Source: Salinivirgaceae bacterium (GTDB taxonomy: Bacteria; Bacteroidota; Bacteroidia; Bacteroidales; SZUA-534). From it: 64,000 nt of DNA. Location: contig JAFVGW010000016.1 of the NCBI GenBank assembly GCA_017474765.1, forward strand, positions 4,775 to 68,774, written 5' to 3'. The position numbers were made by a program, and so were the translations under genes. The number at the start of each line of letters is the position of its first letter. Positions within the stretch are counted from its first letter, which is position 1. The notes beneath the pieces were generated by a model that searched no databases, had not been told where the DNA came from, and worked only from the letters and a program-made list of their open reading frames with translations. Positions 18,554 to 28,088 of this stretch are shown piece after piece.

Positions 18554-20257
18554 TTAGAATGTATAAGTCAGTCCTAGCATAAAGTTGAAGCGCTGGTTTG
18601 CGTATTGGTTCCACTCAAAGTATCGCTGGCCAGCAATGTTGTTCAGGTCGAGAAAGGCCGAGAAACGCTTTGTGATGCGGTATTCAAGCCCCAGATTGCC
18701 ATCGATAACGCCATCCAATTCTTTGGATTCAGGCAGATTATCGCCTGTTTTTGGGTCGATATGGTCGATGCGGGCATAACGATTGCTTATGGCATAAACG
18801 TTGATGCGCGCAATTATCTTATTCTCAAGGTTGTAACTTGCATCGAGGCTGATGGTGTATGTCGGCAGATGCCAGGCCTCAATCTCTTTCGACATATCGT
18901 AAATGTAATAGTTGCCCTTCAGCCCCAACTTGAATTTTTCGCTCATCTTATACGAAATCTCGCCCAGGAAACGGGTGCGCAAAATCTCGTCGTAGGCCAC
19001 CGTGAACTTGTTGTGCAACTTGGTGCTTATATCGTTGACAAACAGATACTGATTGTCGATTTTGGCGTATTCGGCGCGGATGTTGAACGCCACCTTCGAA
19101 CTGACATTTCCGCGGAATCCTGCGGCGAGGTTCCAGCGAGTCTTGGTCGGGTTGATGTTCAGGTCGGAGCGCACAAACGGGTTCTCGGCGTACATCTCTC
19201 GGTAACTGTGCACATCGTAGTTGCCGTTCACCTCGATATATGGCAGCAGGAAGTAGTCGATAATGTTGTACTGCATGCTGATGTCGGGGAAGAACATGAA
19301 CTTGGAGTTGCGCTGGTCGTAGAAGGTGCTCGCACCCACCTTGACGCGCCATTTGCGGCCGTATGCGCCAATCCACGGGTTGAAGTTGACCACAGCAGCG
19401 CATATATCGCCCTTGCCGTCAATATTCAAGCCTTGAGTGCTGTAATTGTCAATCACCATATTCAAGCCCATAAACTCCTTGTCCATGATGTAACTCATGA
19501 AGGCATCGACGTGCAGAATGTTGTCACCCTTGTTGTCCTTGGTCTTTATTCCGCTGTAGTTCGCGCTTATGCGGAAGTCTATTTTTGATGAATCGAGATT
19601 GGTTGTGCCAACCAAAGCGCCAAACGAGTAGTAGTCAAGTGATTGTTTTTCAATGTTTTTCTTCTTCAGCGGAAGCGAATCTTCGGCAATTTTCAGATTG
19701 GTGTCGTAGCCGTAATAATAATTGGCATGATGGCCGCAACTGGCTGTGACACCAGCCACAAAGTCTTTCTTGAAGATTCGGCGCACCTGACCGCCCGCTT
19801 CGGCCCGCATCAGCCCTGCGTAAACGTGCTTGTCGGCCTCGTTCTTCACCTTGCCGTTGCTCGACAGATAGTTGGCATTGACGTTCCAGAGCCATTTCTC
19901 CGACCGCTGGCTGCCCGTGTAGATGTTCAGCGTTGGCGATGCATACGACCCGAAACCGCCCTTCACGTAGGCGTAGTAGAGTTTCGGCAGCGGCTCTGCC
20001 ACCAGTTTGGCGGGCTTCAACTGCTTCGGCTGATATTTGGTCGGATACATCTGGAGTTCGCCCTCGTCGTACTCAAAAGTCGGCGTAACCTTGATTGTGT
20101 CAACAATTTTGGGTAACGAACTGATTTTGAACGCATCATTGATGACTGGCTCATACGATTTTATGACCTTCACCTCTTGATTCAGGTTGTTCTGCGCCAT
20201 TACGGTGCACGAACCTAACATTGTCAGAATCAGGATATTTCGTTTCAAACGTATCAT
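18554..20257 (-). CDS. Outer membrane beta-barrel protein (usually annotated TonB-dependent receptor-like), partner of the TPR gene
   Basis: Signal peptide, EVKVIKSYEPVINDAFKI N-motif, amphipathic strands, C-terminal GLTYTF. Confidence 0.75.
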   Translation of the reverse strand: MIRLKRNILILTMLGSCTVMAQNNLNQEVKVIKSYEPVINDAFKISSLPKIVDTIKVTPTFEYDEGELQMYPTKYQPKQLKPAKLVAEPLPKLYYAYVKGGFGSYASPTLNIYTGSQRSEKWLWNVNANYLSSNGKVKNEADKHVYAGLMRAEAGGQVRRIFKKDFVAGVTASCGHHANYYYGYDTNLKIAEDSLPLKKKNIEKQSLDYYSFGALVGTTNLDSSKIDFRISANYSGIKTKDNKGDNILHVDAFMSYIMDKEFMGLNMVIDNYSTQGLNIDGKGDICAAVVNFNPWIGAYGRKWRVKVGASTFYDQRNSKFMFFPDISMQYNIIDYFLLPYIEVNGNYDVHSYREMYAENPFVRSDLNINPTKTRWNLAAGFRGNVSSKVAFNIRAEYAKIDNQYLFVNDISTKLHNKFTVAYDEILRTRFLGEISYKMSEKFKLGLKGNYYIYDMSKEIEAWHLPTYTISLDASYNLENKIIARINVYAISNRYARIDHIDPKTGDNLPESKELDGVIDGNLGLEYRITKRFSAFLDLNNIAGQRYFEWNQYANQRFNFMLGLTYTF

Positions 20258-20271
20258 ATCTGTATGTCGGT

Positions 20272-23200
20272 TTATTCTTGTTCTTGAATTGTGTTTTCTT
20301 CGGCAGGTGCTTCGGTATTCTCTTCTGAATCAGAAGGTTCAGCCGATTCATCGGTCTGCTCGGCAGCGGGTTCTTCAGCGGCTGGCGTTTCAGCGGTTTC
20401 GCTGGCTGGCTCTGCTGCTTCAGGCTCGGCCTCGGTGGTTGCCGCTGGTTCCTCAATCACTGATTCGTCCACCTGCGGCGCACTCTCCTGCCCGTTTTGC
20501 GGCTCTGGCGTGTAAGTTGCGGCCGATTCGGTCATCGGGGCCTCCATCAGTTGCATTTGGGCAGGCTGGCTGTTATCGCTTGTTTCCTTGTTCTCTTCAG
20601 GCTCTTCTCTGTCGTTATAGTAATTGTTTTCGTTGTCGTTACCGCCACTCATATCAATCGTTACTTCAACCTCCTGCTTCGAGTTGTCGTCAACAAACTT
20701 GGTGCTTTCCGCGTCAACAATGAGTTTCAGTTTGGCGTTGGCCTCGGCCACAATGCCGTCTTTGGTGTCGCCATAGTTGTCGATGACGCTCTGCAGGTTG
20801 GCTTTAGCCTGGAAGCGGTCGTTGCGGCTCATGCAGATGTCTGACAGCAGGAAGAACGATTTGGCAATCCAGTAGATGTGCGATGTTCCAGAACCGATAA
20901 GTTTGTTAATCTCATCCTCCGACTTCTGCAACTCGTTCTGTTCGAACAACATACGTGCAACCATATACTGCGCCTCGGCACCCTCGCGGCTGTTCATGTC
21001 CTGCGCCAGAATGCGGAACTGCGTGATGGCTGGGTCCAACTGGTTTGTTTGATAGTAACTTACGGCCATTATGTGGCGTGCGGTGCGCACCTGCTCGTCC
21101 GAAACCTTGTCGGTGATGAGCAGTTTGCGAGCCGACTCAAGCGCGTTGTTGAAGTTGCTGTCGGCAAAGGCCGTTTTCATCTGCCCCTCGCGCGCAATCA
21201 TCAGGTTCGACTTCACTTCGGCGTTGTCTTCCAACTGTTTATAAAGGTTGTAAGCCTGCTTGTAATCCTTGTCGTTCTCGGCCAGAGTGGCTGAACTCAA
21301 CAACGCTGCCTCGGTGAAGGTGTTTTTCTGCTTCCCTGCCACAGCAATAAAGTCGGCTTTGGCCGCGCTGTTCTTGTGCAGTTTCAGGTTGCAGTCGCCG
21401 CGATAGTAAGTCGCGTTGAGCGAGAAACGGCCGCTCGGGAACTTGTCCAAGTAACTGTCGAACAGACCAGCAGCCTCGGTCCAATTGCCTGACATATAGA
21501 CTTTTTCAGCCGATGCGTAGGTAAGCGAGTCGCGCTCGTTCTGGTCGATGTTGCCCTTACCCTTGCTCTGCGCGTAGTCGAAATAATCGTCAACCTTGTT
21601 CATGTCCACGTAGACGTTCTTCAGAGCGAACAGCGCCTCGTCGGCCTCCGATGAGCCAGGGTATTTTTCAATCACATTCTTGAAGTTGTCGATGGCCATA
21701 TAGTTCTGACCATCAGCATAGTAGAGCAAGCCCGTTTGAAGCATTGATTTAACCACATACGAACTGTTCGGATAGTTCTTCGCCAACAGGCGGAAATCGC
21801 TGATTGCCAATTGTGTGGAATCAAGAATCGTATAGGCGCGGCCACGTTCAAAAAGTGCGTCGGCAGCATATTTCGAATTCGGATAACGCTTCAGCAAATC
21901 GCTCATTGCCAGAATCTTGCCATGCAGATTCTTGTCAAGTCCCATTGCAAAACCCTTCTGGAACAATGCGTATTCGGCATCGAACTTATTCATGTCGGCG
22001 GCCATTCCGTAGTAGAGCACGGCATCGTTGAACTTCGACGAAACAAAGTAGCAGTCGCCTATGCGGATGTAACTGTCGGCCAGTTTGGCGGTGTCGGCTG
22101 TGGCTGGCTTCTCAACATATTTGCGGAACCAGTCGGCGGCTTTGATGTATTTTTTCGTCTTGAAATTGCAGTAGCCAATGTTGTAGTAGCACGTCTTGTA
22201 CTCGGGCATTGTGTAGGCGCCAGGTGTGGTTAGCAACTGGTTGTAGGCATCGGCTGCCCTGTCGTACTCCGCCATGCGGTAGAGAGCCTCGGCCTTCCAA
22301 TAGCAAGCCAGAGCGCGTATCTCCTTGTCGTACGCTTTGAGCGATATGGCCTGGTCGAACGCCGCAACCGACTCGTCGAACTTCAGGTTGTTGAACAGTT
22401 CGAGTCCGCGGAAATAGGCCACGCGCTGCCAAGCCGACTGCATCTCGGCCGTCTTGTTCTTGATTTTTGCGATGGTGGCAAGTGCTTCCTCATAGTTTTT
22501 GCTTGACAGACAAACCTTTACCATATATTCGTACACCTCGTCGCGGTGAATCGATTTCGGATAGAGTTCGAGATATTTGTTGAAAGCCTTAAGTGTCTCG
22601 TTGAAAGGCGAATAGGCTAATTCATACGACAGTTTTGCGTAGTTGAGCAGCGACTGTTCCTTGATTCTGTCGTTGAAATCGTATTTTGAAGCCGCCTCAA
22701 AGGCCAAGAGCGCTTTATCCTTCTGCTCCAACTTCATATTCGAGTAGGCAATGTGGAAATAGGCGTTCTGCGTCAGCGCGTCGTCGAGGTTCGTCACGTT
22801 CGACATTGTGTTAACGGTTTGCTGAAAGTCACCCGTCTTAAAGTACGCATAACCAAGTTGATATATATCCTCGCGAGTGTAGTTGGAGGCATTGCTCTTG
22901 TAGTTCTCCAAATAAGGCAGCGCCTCGGTGTAGAGTCCTTTGTTGTAGAGCGCCTCACCCACTATGCGCAACATCTCGGCCTGGCGCTTGGCATCGCTTT
23001 TCTCGAGTAGCGGACGGCCCAACTCCAGCACCTTGTCGTCTTTCCCCTGAAGGAAGTAAATCTGCACCCTGTAGTACGGCACAACTGGCGCAAAAGCCGG
23101 GTCGTTCTCGATTTTTGCAAGATTGTTGAGCGCCGTCTCATAATTTTTATTGGTGTAGGCCAAATGTGCGTAGAAATAGATGGCCGGCGCCGAATATTTG

Positions 23201-23724
23201 TTGTTCTTGTCAATCAGCTCGTAGAACATTTTCTGAGCCTTCTCGGTCTGCCCCAGTTTGAAGTAGCAGTAGCCCTTCTTGAAGTAGAGTTCGGCCTGCT
23301 GGTCGCGGTTCAGGTGCTGCTTCCACACCTTGTCGAAGTACTCGATGGCCTCGCGGTAGTGGTTCACGCGGTACTGATAGCGGCCCATCTCGAAGTAGGC
23401 AGTGCGCGTGCGCGGACTTTCGGGATAGTTGATGATGAACTTGCCGATGCGATATTCAGCATCGTTGTTGAAGAGTTCGAGGGCGCAAAGTGCTGCGTAG
23501 TATTCGGCATCGGCCTTGATGTCGGCAAACTCGTCACCATAGCGCGCCACCACCCGCTCAAAGAACTCCTGAGCCTGCGAATAATGCTGCTTGCTGAACA
23601 AATCGACGCCTACGCGGTAATCGTAGTCCTCGTCGCTATAGATTATCGATTTCTGTGCCGAAGCACTTAAAGCCGTTAGTGAGATAACAGCCGCCAAACA
23701 TCTGGCTAATAATTTTCTATGCAT
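20272..23724 (-). CDS. Large tetratricopeptide repeat protein with acidic C-terminal tail
   Basis: Signal peptide from MHRKLL; many TPRs (YPNSKYAADALF, YPGSSEADEALF); E/A/P-rich tail. Confidence 0.9.
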   Translation of the reverse strand: MHRKLLARCLAAVISLTALSASAQKSIIYSDEDYDYRVGVDLFSKQHYSQAQEFFERVVARYGDEFADIKADAEYYAALCALELFNNDAEYRIGKFIINYPESPRTRTAYFEMGRYQYRVNHYREAIEYFDKVWKQHLNRDQQAELYFKKGYCYFKLGQTEKAQKMFYELIDKNNKYSAPAIYFYAHLAYTNKNYETALNNLAKIENDPAFAPVVPYYRVQIYFLQGKDDKVLELGRPLLEKSDAKRQAEMLRIVGEALYNKGLYTEALPYLENYKSNASNYTREDIYQLGYAYFKTGDFQQTVNTMSNVTNLDDALTQNAYFHIAYSNMKLEQKDKALLAFEAASKYDFNDRIKEQSLLNYAKLSYELAYSPFNETLKAFNKYLELYPKSIHRDEVYEYMVKVCLSSKNYEEALATIAKIKNKTAEMQSAWQRVAYFRGLELFNNLKFDESVAAFDQAISLKAYDKEIRALACYWKAEALYRMAEYDRAADAYNQLLTTPGAYTMPEYKTCYYNIGYCNFKTKKYIKAADWFRKYVEKPATADTAKLADSYIRIGDCYFVSSKFNDAVLYYGMAADMNKFDAEYALFQKGFAMGLDKNLHGKILAMSDLLKRYPNSKYAADALFERGRAYTILDSTQLAISDFRLLAKNYPNSSYVVKSMLQTGLLYYADGQNYMAIDNFKNVIEKYPGSSEADEALFALKNVYVDMNKVDDYFDYAQSKGKGNIDQNERDSLTYASAEKVYMSGNWTEAAGLFDSYLDKFPSGRFSLNATYYRGDCNLKLHKNSAAKADFIAVAGKQKNTFTEAALLSSATLAENDKDYKQAYNLYKQLEDNAEVKSNLMIAREGQMKTAFADSNFNNALESARKLLITDKVSDEQVRTARHIMAVSYYQTNQLDPAITQFRILAQDMNSREGAEAQYMVARMLFEQNELQKSEDEINKLIGSGTSHIYWIAKSFFLLSDICMSRNDRFQAKANLQSVIDNYGDTKDGIVAEANAKLKLIVDAESTKFVDDNSKQEVEVTIDMSGGNDNENNYYNDREEPEENKETSDNSQPAQMQLMEAPMTESAATYTPEPQNGQESAPQVDESVIEEPAATTEAEPEAAEPASETAETPAAEEPAAEQTDESAEPSDSEENTEAPAEENTIQEQE

Positions 23725-24067
23725 AAAAGAATGAACTAAATGGGAACGCTCCCGCTCCCCGTTTCTATTCCAATTTTGAGCCGAATCGGTGCCGTTTCCC
23801 GCCCAAATCCGACTCTTTTTATCCGAAACAAATAAAATCGTTTTCAGCCACACGCAATTTGCGCGGCGAAGGTTTTAATTAACAAGTGAGTGTTTATTTA
23901 TTGACGGGGCGGGAAAATGAACGCTGATGACGCAGATTGAAGGGAATTATGGGATTTTTCGCACAGATTACACTGATAATTCAAAATTTCTTCGAGTATT
24001 CAAAAATTGAAAAGGGGGTTGTCATTATGGCAACTCTTTGATTGATATGAAATAATACAAGTTTTAA

Positions 24068-24820
24068 TTACTCCATCTTTCTTGCTCCTTTGCATTCTGG
24101 ATAGCCTGAGCAACTCCAAAACTCCTTGCCTGCATTCACACCTTTTTTCGCAACACGGCGAATCATCGGTTTGCCGCATTTTGGGCAAGCGGGCGCATCG
24201 GCCTTTATGCTTTGCTCTGTGCGGTACGCGAGTCTTTCGGCGGTCAGTCCTTCGGTAAAACCGCCTTCTTCACGGAATGATTCAAGAAGATTGTTTATCA
24301 GGTTGTTCAGTATCAAAATAAGACGGTTGCAGAGTATCAACAGGCAGCGTGCTTCTGTAATCGAATCGTTTGAGCAAAGCCACGTACCGAATTTGTGTTT
24401 CTGCGCCAATATGTGTATGCTGCTATAATACTGAACGTCATCTTTGTAGGTGGGTTTATCCAACAGAACGGCATTCACTTGCCTGCATTCTTCCGATTTA
24501 ACCGACCACGGCAATTGCTCGTTCTGCAACAGCCAATTCAGATAATCGTTAGCCAACTCTGCAAGGCTTGCGCGGGCAACGTCGGTGAGTTTCATCTCCG
24601 TCTCTTTCGATGTTGAATGTCGAGAGTTGCCTTCAGCGATATTTGCTGGCACAGAACGTGCCGCTTGCGTCATTTGGTCATATTGGCGGCCACAAGGGTC
24701 GTTTGAGCGGTTCAAATAGCGTTTGCAGAAATCTTGCGTCGCAAGTTGAACGATGTTGGCCATCACCCACGCGTCAAGCCAAAAATAACCGAAGTTGCGG
24801 ATTTGCATTTGCTTTGGCAT
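24068..24820 (-). CDS. Four-helix-bundle protein (IVS-protein/Avd-like fold) with suffix domain and topoisomerase-type C4 zinc finger
   Basis: DQMTQAARSVPANIAEG..VARASLAELANDY; FREEGGFTE suffix; CPKCGKPM..FWSCSGYPEC. Confidence 0.85.
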   Translation of the reverse strand: MPKQMQIRNFGYFWLDAWVMANIVQLATQDFCKRYLNRSNDPCGRQYDQMTQAARSVPANIAEGNSRHSTSKETEMKLTDVARASLAELANDYLNWLLQNEQLPWSVKSEECRQVNAVLLDKPTYKDDVQYYSSIHILAQKHKFGTWLCSNDSITEARCLLILCNRLILILNNLINNLLESFREEGGFTEGLTAERLAYRTEQSIKADAPACPKCGKPMIRRVAKKGVNAGKEFWSCSGYPECKGARKME

Positions 24821-25065
24821 TGTATTTTAGTTTTTTACGGTTGCTAAAATAGTTTTTTTTCGATATAGCGCAATTTCGAAATAACGCTATTGCGAAAAAT
24901 CAACACGACCATCCAAAATTGCCATATTAACACCCAAATGTTTATTAAATAAAATGCTATCCGCATCCTTGGAAAACACTAAATAATACTTTTGATGCGG
25001 TATGAAAGGCATCGTTAGGGGTGCAACAATCGCATAATCAAATCGAAAAATAAAAAAGTGACACG

Positions 25066-25779
25066 ATGGACACAATGGACACCAAAATTCAACTGACCGA
25101 CGCAACTATCGCGCAGCCTGACAACGTGATTCTCACCAACATAAACCTGAAAATCGACAGCGGTGAGTTGGTTTACCTTATAGGCCGCACGGGAAGCGGT
25201 AAGAGTAGTCTGCTCAAAACGCTCTATGCCGACCTTCCGCTCGCAAAGGGCTGCGGCACCGTGGCGGGCTTCCAACTCGAGAGCCTGCGCCGCAAGCAAA
25301 TCCCCTACCTGCGCCGCAAGTTGGGCATTGTGTTTCAGGACTTTCAACTGCTAACCGACCGCAACGTGCACGAGAATCTGCTTTTTGTGCTCAAGGCCAC
25401 GGGCTGGAAGAACAAAATCGAGATTGAGAACCGCATTCAGGACGTGCTGAACAAGGTTGGGCTGTCGCAGAAAGGCTACAAGATGCCCAACGAACTGTCG
25501 GGCGGCGAACAGCAGCGTGTGGTGATTGCGCGCGCACTGCTCAACAACCCCGAAATCATTCTGGCCGACGAGCCCACTGGCAATCTCGACCCCGAAACGT
25601 CGCGCGGCATTCTGACGCTGCTCACCGAAATCAGCCACAACGGCCGCGCTGTGCTCATTGCCACGCACGATTACTCGATGATTAAGGAATTCCCCGGCCG
25701 CATTATCAAGTGCGAGAACGAGACGCTTATCGAACTGAAAAACGATGAAGTGTTCGATTTTAGCACCATCGATAAATAG
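25066..25779 (+). CDS. ftsE: FtsE-like ABC ATPase
   Basis: Walker A GRTGSGKS, IPYLRRKLGIVFQDFQLL, LSGGEQQRV, LADEPTGNLD. Confidence 0.85.
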   Translation: MDTMDTKIQLTDATIAQPDNVILTNINLKIDSGELVYLIGRTGSGKSSLLKTLYADLPLAKGCGTVAGFQLESLRRKQIPYLRRKLGIVFQDFQLLTDRNVHENLLFVLKATGWKNKIEIENRIQDVLNKVGLSQKGYKMPNELSGGEQQRVVIARALLNNPEIILADEPTGNLDPETSRGILTLLTEISHNGRAVLIATHDYSMIKEFPGRIIKCENETLIELKNDEVFDFSTIDK

Positions 25780-25910
25780 TTTGTAACCAGACATTTAACA
25801 CCACATTCCTTATTGGCTTCAAATGAAATGATTATCTAGGCAAAGCGCCTGTTATTCCGCTTTGCCGCAAGCTATTTCGACAATGGCAGATGGCTATGCG
25901 GACAAAAATG

Positions 25911-26930
25911 TCAGCGTTTGCAGATGGCCTCCATCAAACGATAGGTTTCCAACACATCGGAGGCTCGGGTAAGCACTTTGCCGTCCCAACCTTCAACTGC
26001 CGAGACAAAAGTGTCTATCTCGTTGTAATAGCCTTGCGTATATACCTGATTATTAACCAATGTTGGCACAAAATTGTTGCGGCCGAAAAGTTGCTCTCTG
26101 ACAATGTGGCCGCCAAAAACTTTTTCCATCGGAACGCCCATCACCACGCGGCCTTTAGCCTCACGTGTGAGTTGTTCCATCTGCTCCATCTCGTAAACGG
26201 CGCGGTTGGTAACCACGCGAAGGGTTTCGTGAGCATCGGTCCAACTGTAATCGGTTGACATCTCCACCTGGCCGATTACACCACTATGATTTAGAAGAGC
26301 CATAATGGTTCCTGCGTTTCGCGCGACGCCCACAACTTCGGCTTGACCGAAAATTGCGGTGACAAGGTCGAGCGGATGAATGAAAAGGTCGGTCATTGCA
26401 TCGCCTTCGGCGTAACTGCCTGTCCGATAAGTCATACTGTAACTGTGGACCGTTTCTTTTGCCAAACGCTTTTGCAGTTCGGCGGTGCAGGGCGCATAGC
26501 GTTTCTGAAGACCGATAACCAGCCGATTGCCCTCCGACAATTGTCCAAGAGTCTCCAACTCACTGATTGTCAGGCAAGGCGGTTTCTCAACAAAAAGATA
26601 TTTGCCGCTTTCGAGCACTCGGCGTCCGATTTCGAAATTGGCCTTCGGTGTTGCGGCAACCAAAACGCCGCGTACCTCGCTGTCGTTCAGCACATCGTCG
26701 AGGCGGCTTGTAGCCTTCACGCCCTGATATTTGGCCTCAATCATCCGTGCCTTCTCCTCGCTCCTGACCACAATCCACTTCAGTGGAACGTGCAGATAGT
26801 CTAGCACTGGATAGAGATTGCTCAAACTGTGCTGACCGAGCCCCACAAACGCATATTTCCACGCGCATCGGCGATTGAGCATTTTGGCGGTGCGAATCTT
26901 TTTGTATCGTTCTATAACGCTATCAATCAT
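25911..26930 (-). CDS. Gfo/Idh/MocA family NAD(P)-dependent oxidoreductase
   Basis: FVGLGQH Rossmann motif, VEKPP, GLQKRY, DLFIHPLD. Confidence 0.85.
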   Translation of the reverse strand: MIDSVIERYKKIRTAKMLNRRCAWKYAFVGLGQHSLSNLYPVLDYLHVPLKWIVVRSEEKARMIEAKYQGVKATSRLDDVLNDSEVRGVLVAATPKANFEIGRRVLESGKYLFVEKPPCLTISELETLGQLSEGNRLVIGLQKRYAPCTAELQKRLAKETVHSYSMTYRTGSYAEGDAMTDLFIHPLDLVTAIFGQAEVVGVARNAGTIMALLNHSGVIGQVEMSTDYSWTDAHETLRVVTNRAVYEMEQMEQLTREAKGRVVMGVPMEKVFGGHIVREQLFGRNNFVPTLVNNQVYTQGYYNEIDTFVSAVEGWDGKVLTRASDVLETYRLMEAICKR

Positions 26931-27988
26931 TCTTTTACCGATTTAAGATAACCTGCGTAGGTCTGACGTTTGTCGTCGGTCCATTGGTATTTGCCGTAGA
27001 ATTTCTCAATCAGCCATTTGGGAAGTAACCGTTCGAAATTCCGAAGCAGAATGACATCGTATTTGCGGTGGAAATTTATCCAGCAGCCGTTGCACTCCTT
27101 GTCGTATTTGCATTGAAGGCTGCAACTTGGCTTGCCGTTGAAAATCTCGTCGAGCGACTGCTTGTGGATATTGCCGAGCACCACGTCAAGATTCTGGCAG
27201 ATGGGCACGTTGCCGTTGCTGTGAATCACCAGCGAGCTCTTGATGCTCTGACAGCGCAACTTGAGGTTGCCGCGGCGCCACTGCTCGTAGAGCGCCACAT
27301 AGTCGTAGTTCTCCTGCGTGTCGTGGATGTTCTGCGGAATGCGTTTCACAAAATCATCTGCATCGAGCAGCCCCTGCGTGGTGTTGAAGAAATCGATGGT
27401 GCTGTAAATTCCGATTCGCACATCGATATTGTATTTCTTTGCCACATTGATGACGAACTCCATATCGCTGAAATTGTTCCACGGCGAAAGGCAGAACATA
27501 AGCGAAATAGGAATCTCATCTTTCAGTGTCTCAACCACTTGGATAACCTTGTCGTAGCCATCGCGGCCACGCATATACTCGTATGTCTCGCGGTTTCCGT
27601 CGAGCGAAACAAACAAATGGCTCGGATGATAGTTGCGCACCGCATCAATCACCTTGTTGGGTGTCAGGCAGTTAGACAACAGAGTATAGTTCTTGTGATT
27701 CTTAGAGAGCCATTCCATTATTTTGTCGGCCTCGGGATGAAGCACAAACTCACCGCCCTCGAGCCCCACAACCGTTTTTTTGCTAACGCATCGGCTCGAC
27801 ACAATCCGCTTGATGTCGTCGAGCGAAAGACTTTCGGGCTCGCGCTGCCAAATGGAGCAATGCTTGCACCGCGACTGGCAAATGGATGTGGCGTATATCA
27901 TCAACTGGCTCAACTTCTTATGGCGCGGTCTGAAAGTATTGTTCAGATAAAGCAGACCGTTGTGCAGATAATCGTAAAGTGTGTACAT
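26927..27988 (-). CDS. Radical SAM protein with SPASM/twitch domain
   Basis: CQSRCKHC motif, GGE, C-terminal C..GNVPIC..LGNI..C..C..CxxC; ATG 27988 follows a TACATTTG promoter at 28010-28017. Confidence 0.88.
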   Translation of the reverse strand: MYTLYDYLHNGLLYLNNTFRPRHKKLSQLMIYATSICQSRCKHCSIWQREPESLSLDDIKRIVSSRCVSKKTVVGLEGGEFVLHPEADKIMEWLSKNHKNYTLLSNCLTPNKVIDAVRNYHPSHLFVSLDGNRETYEYMRGRDGYDKVIQVVETLKDEIPISLMFCLSPWNNFSDMEFVINVAKKYNIDVRIGIYSTIDFFNTTQGLLDADDFVKRIPQNIHDTQENYDYVALYEQWRRGNLKLRCQSIKSSLVIHSNGNVPICQNLDVVLGNIHKQSLDEIFNGKPSCSLQCKYDKECNGCWINFHRKYDVILLRNFERLLPKWLIEKFYGKYQWTDDKRQTYAGYLKSVKE

Positions 27989-28088
27989 ATCTTGTTTTTG
28001 TGAATTGCGCAAATGTATAAGATTGTTCTGTAAATTCATTGTCAAGTCAGACAAAGAAAAGTTTTATAGCCACCTCCGTGAGATTCTA

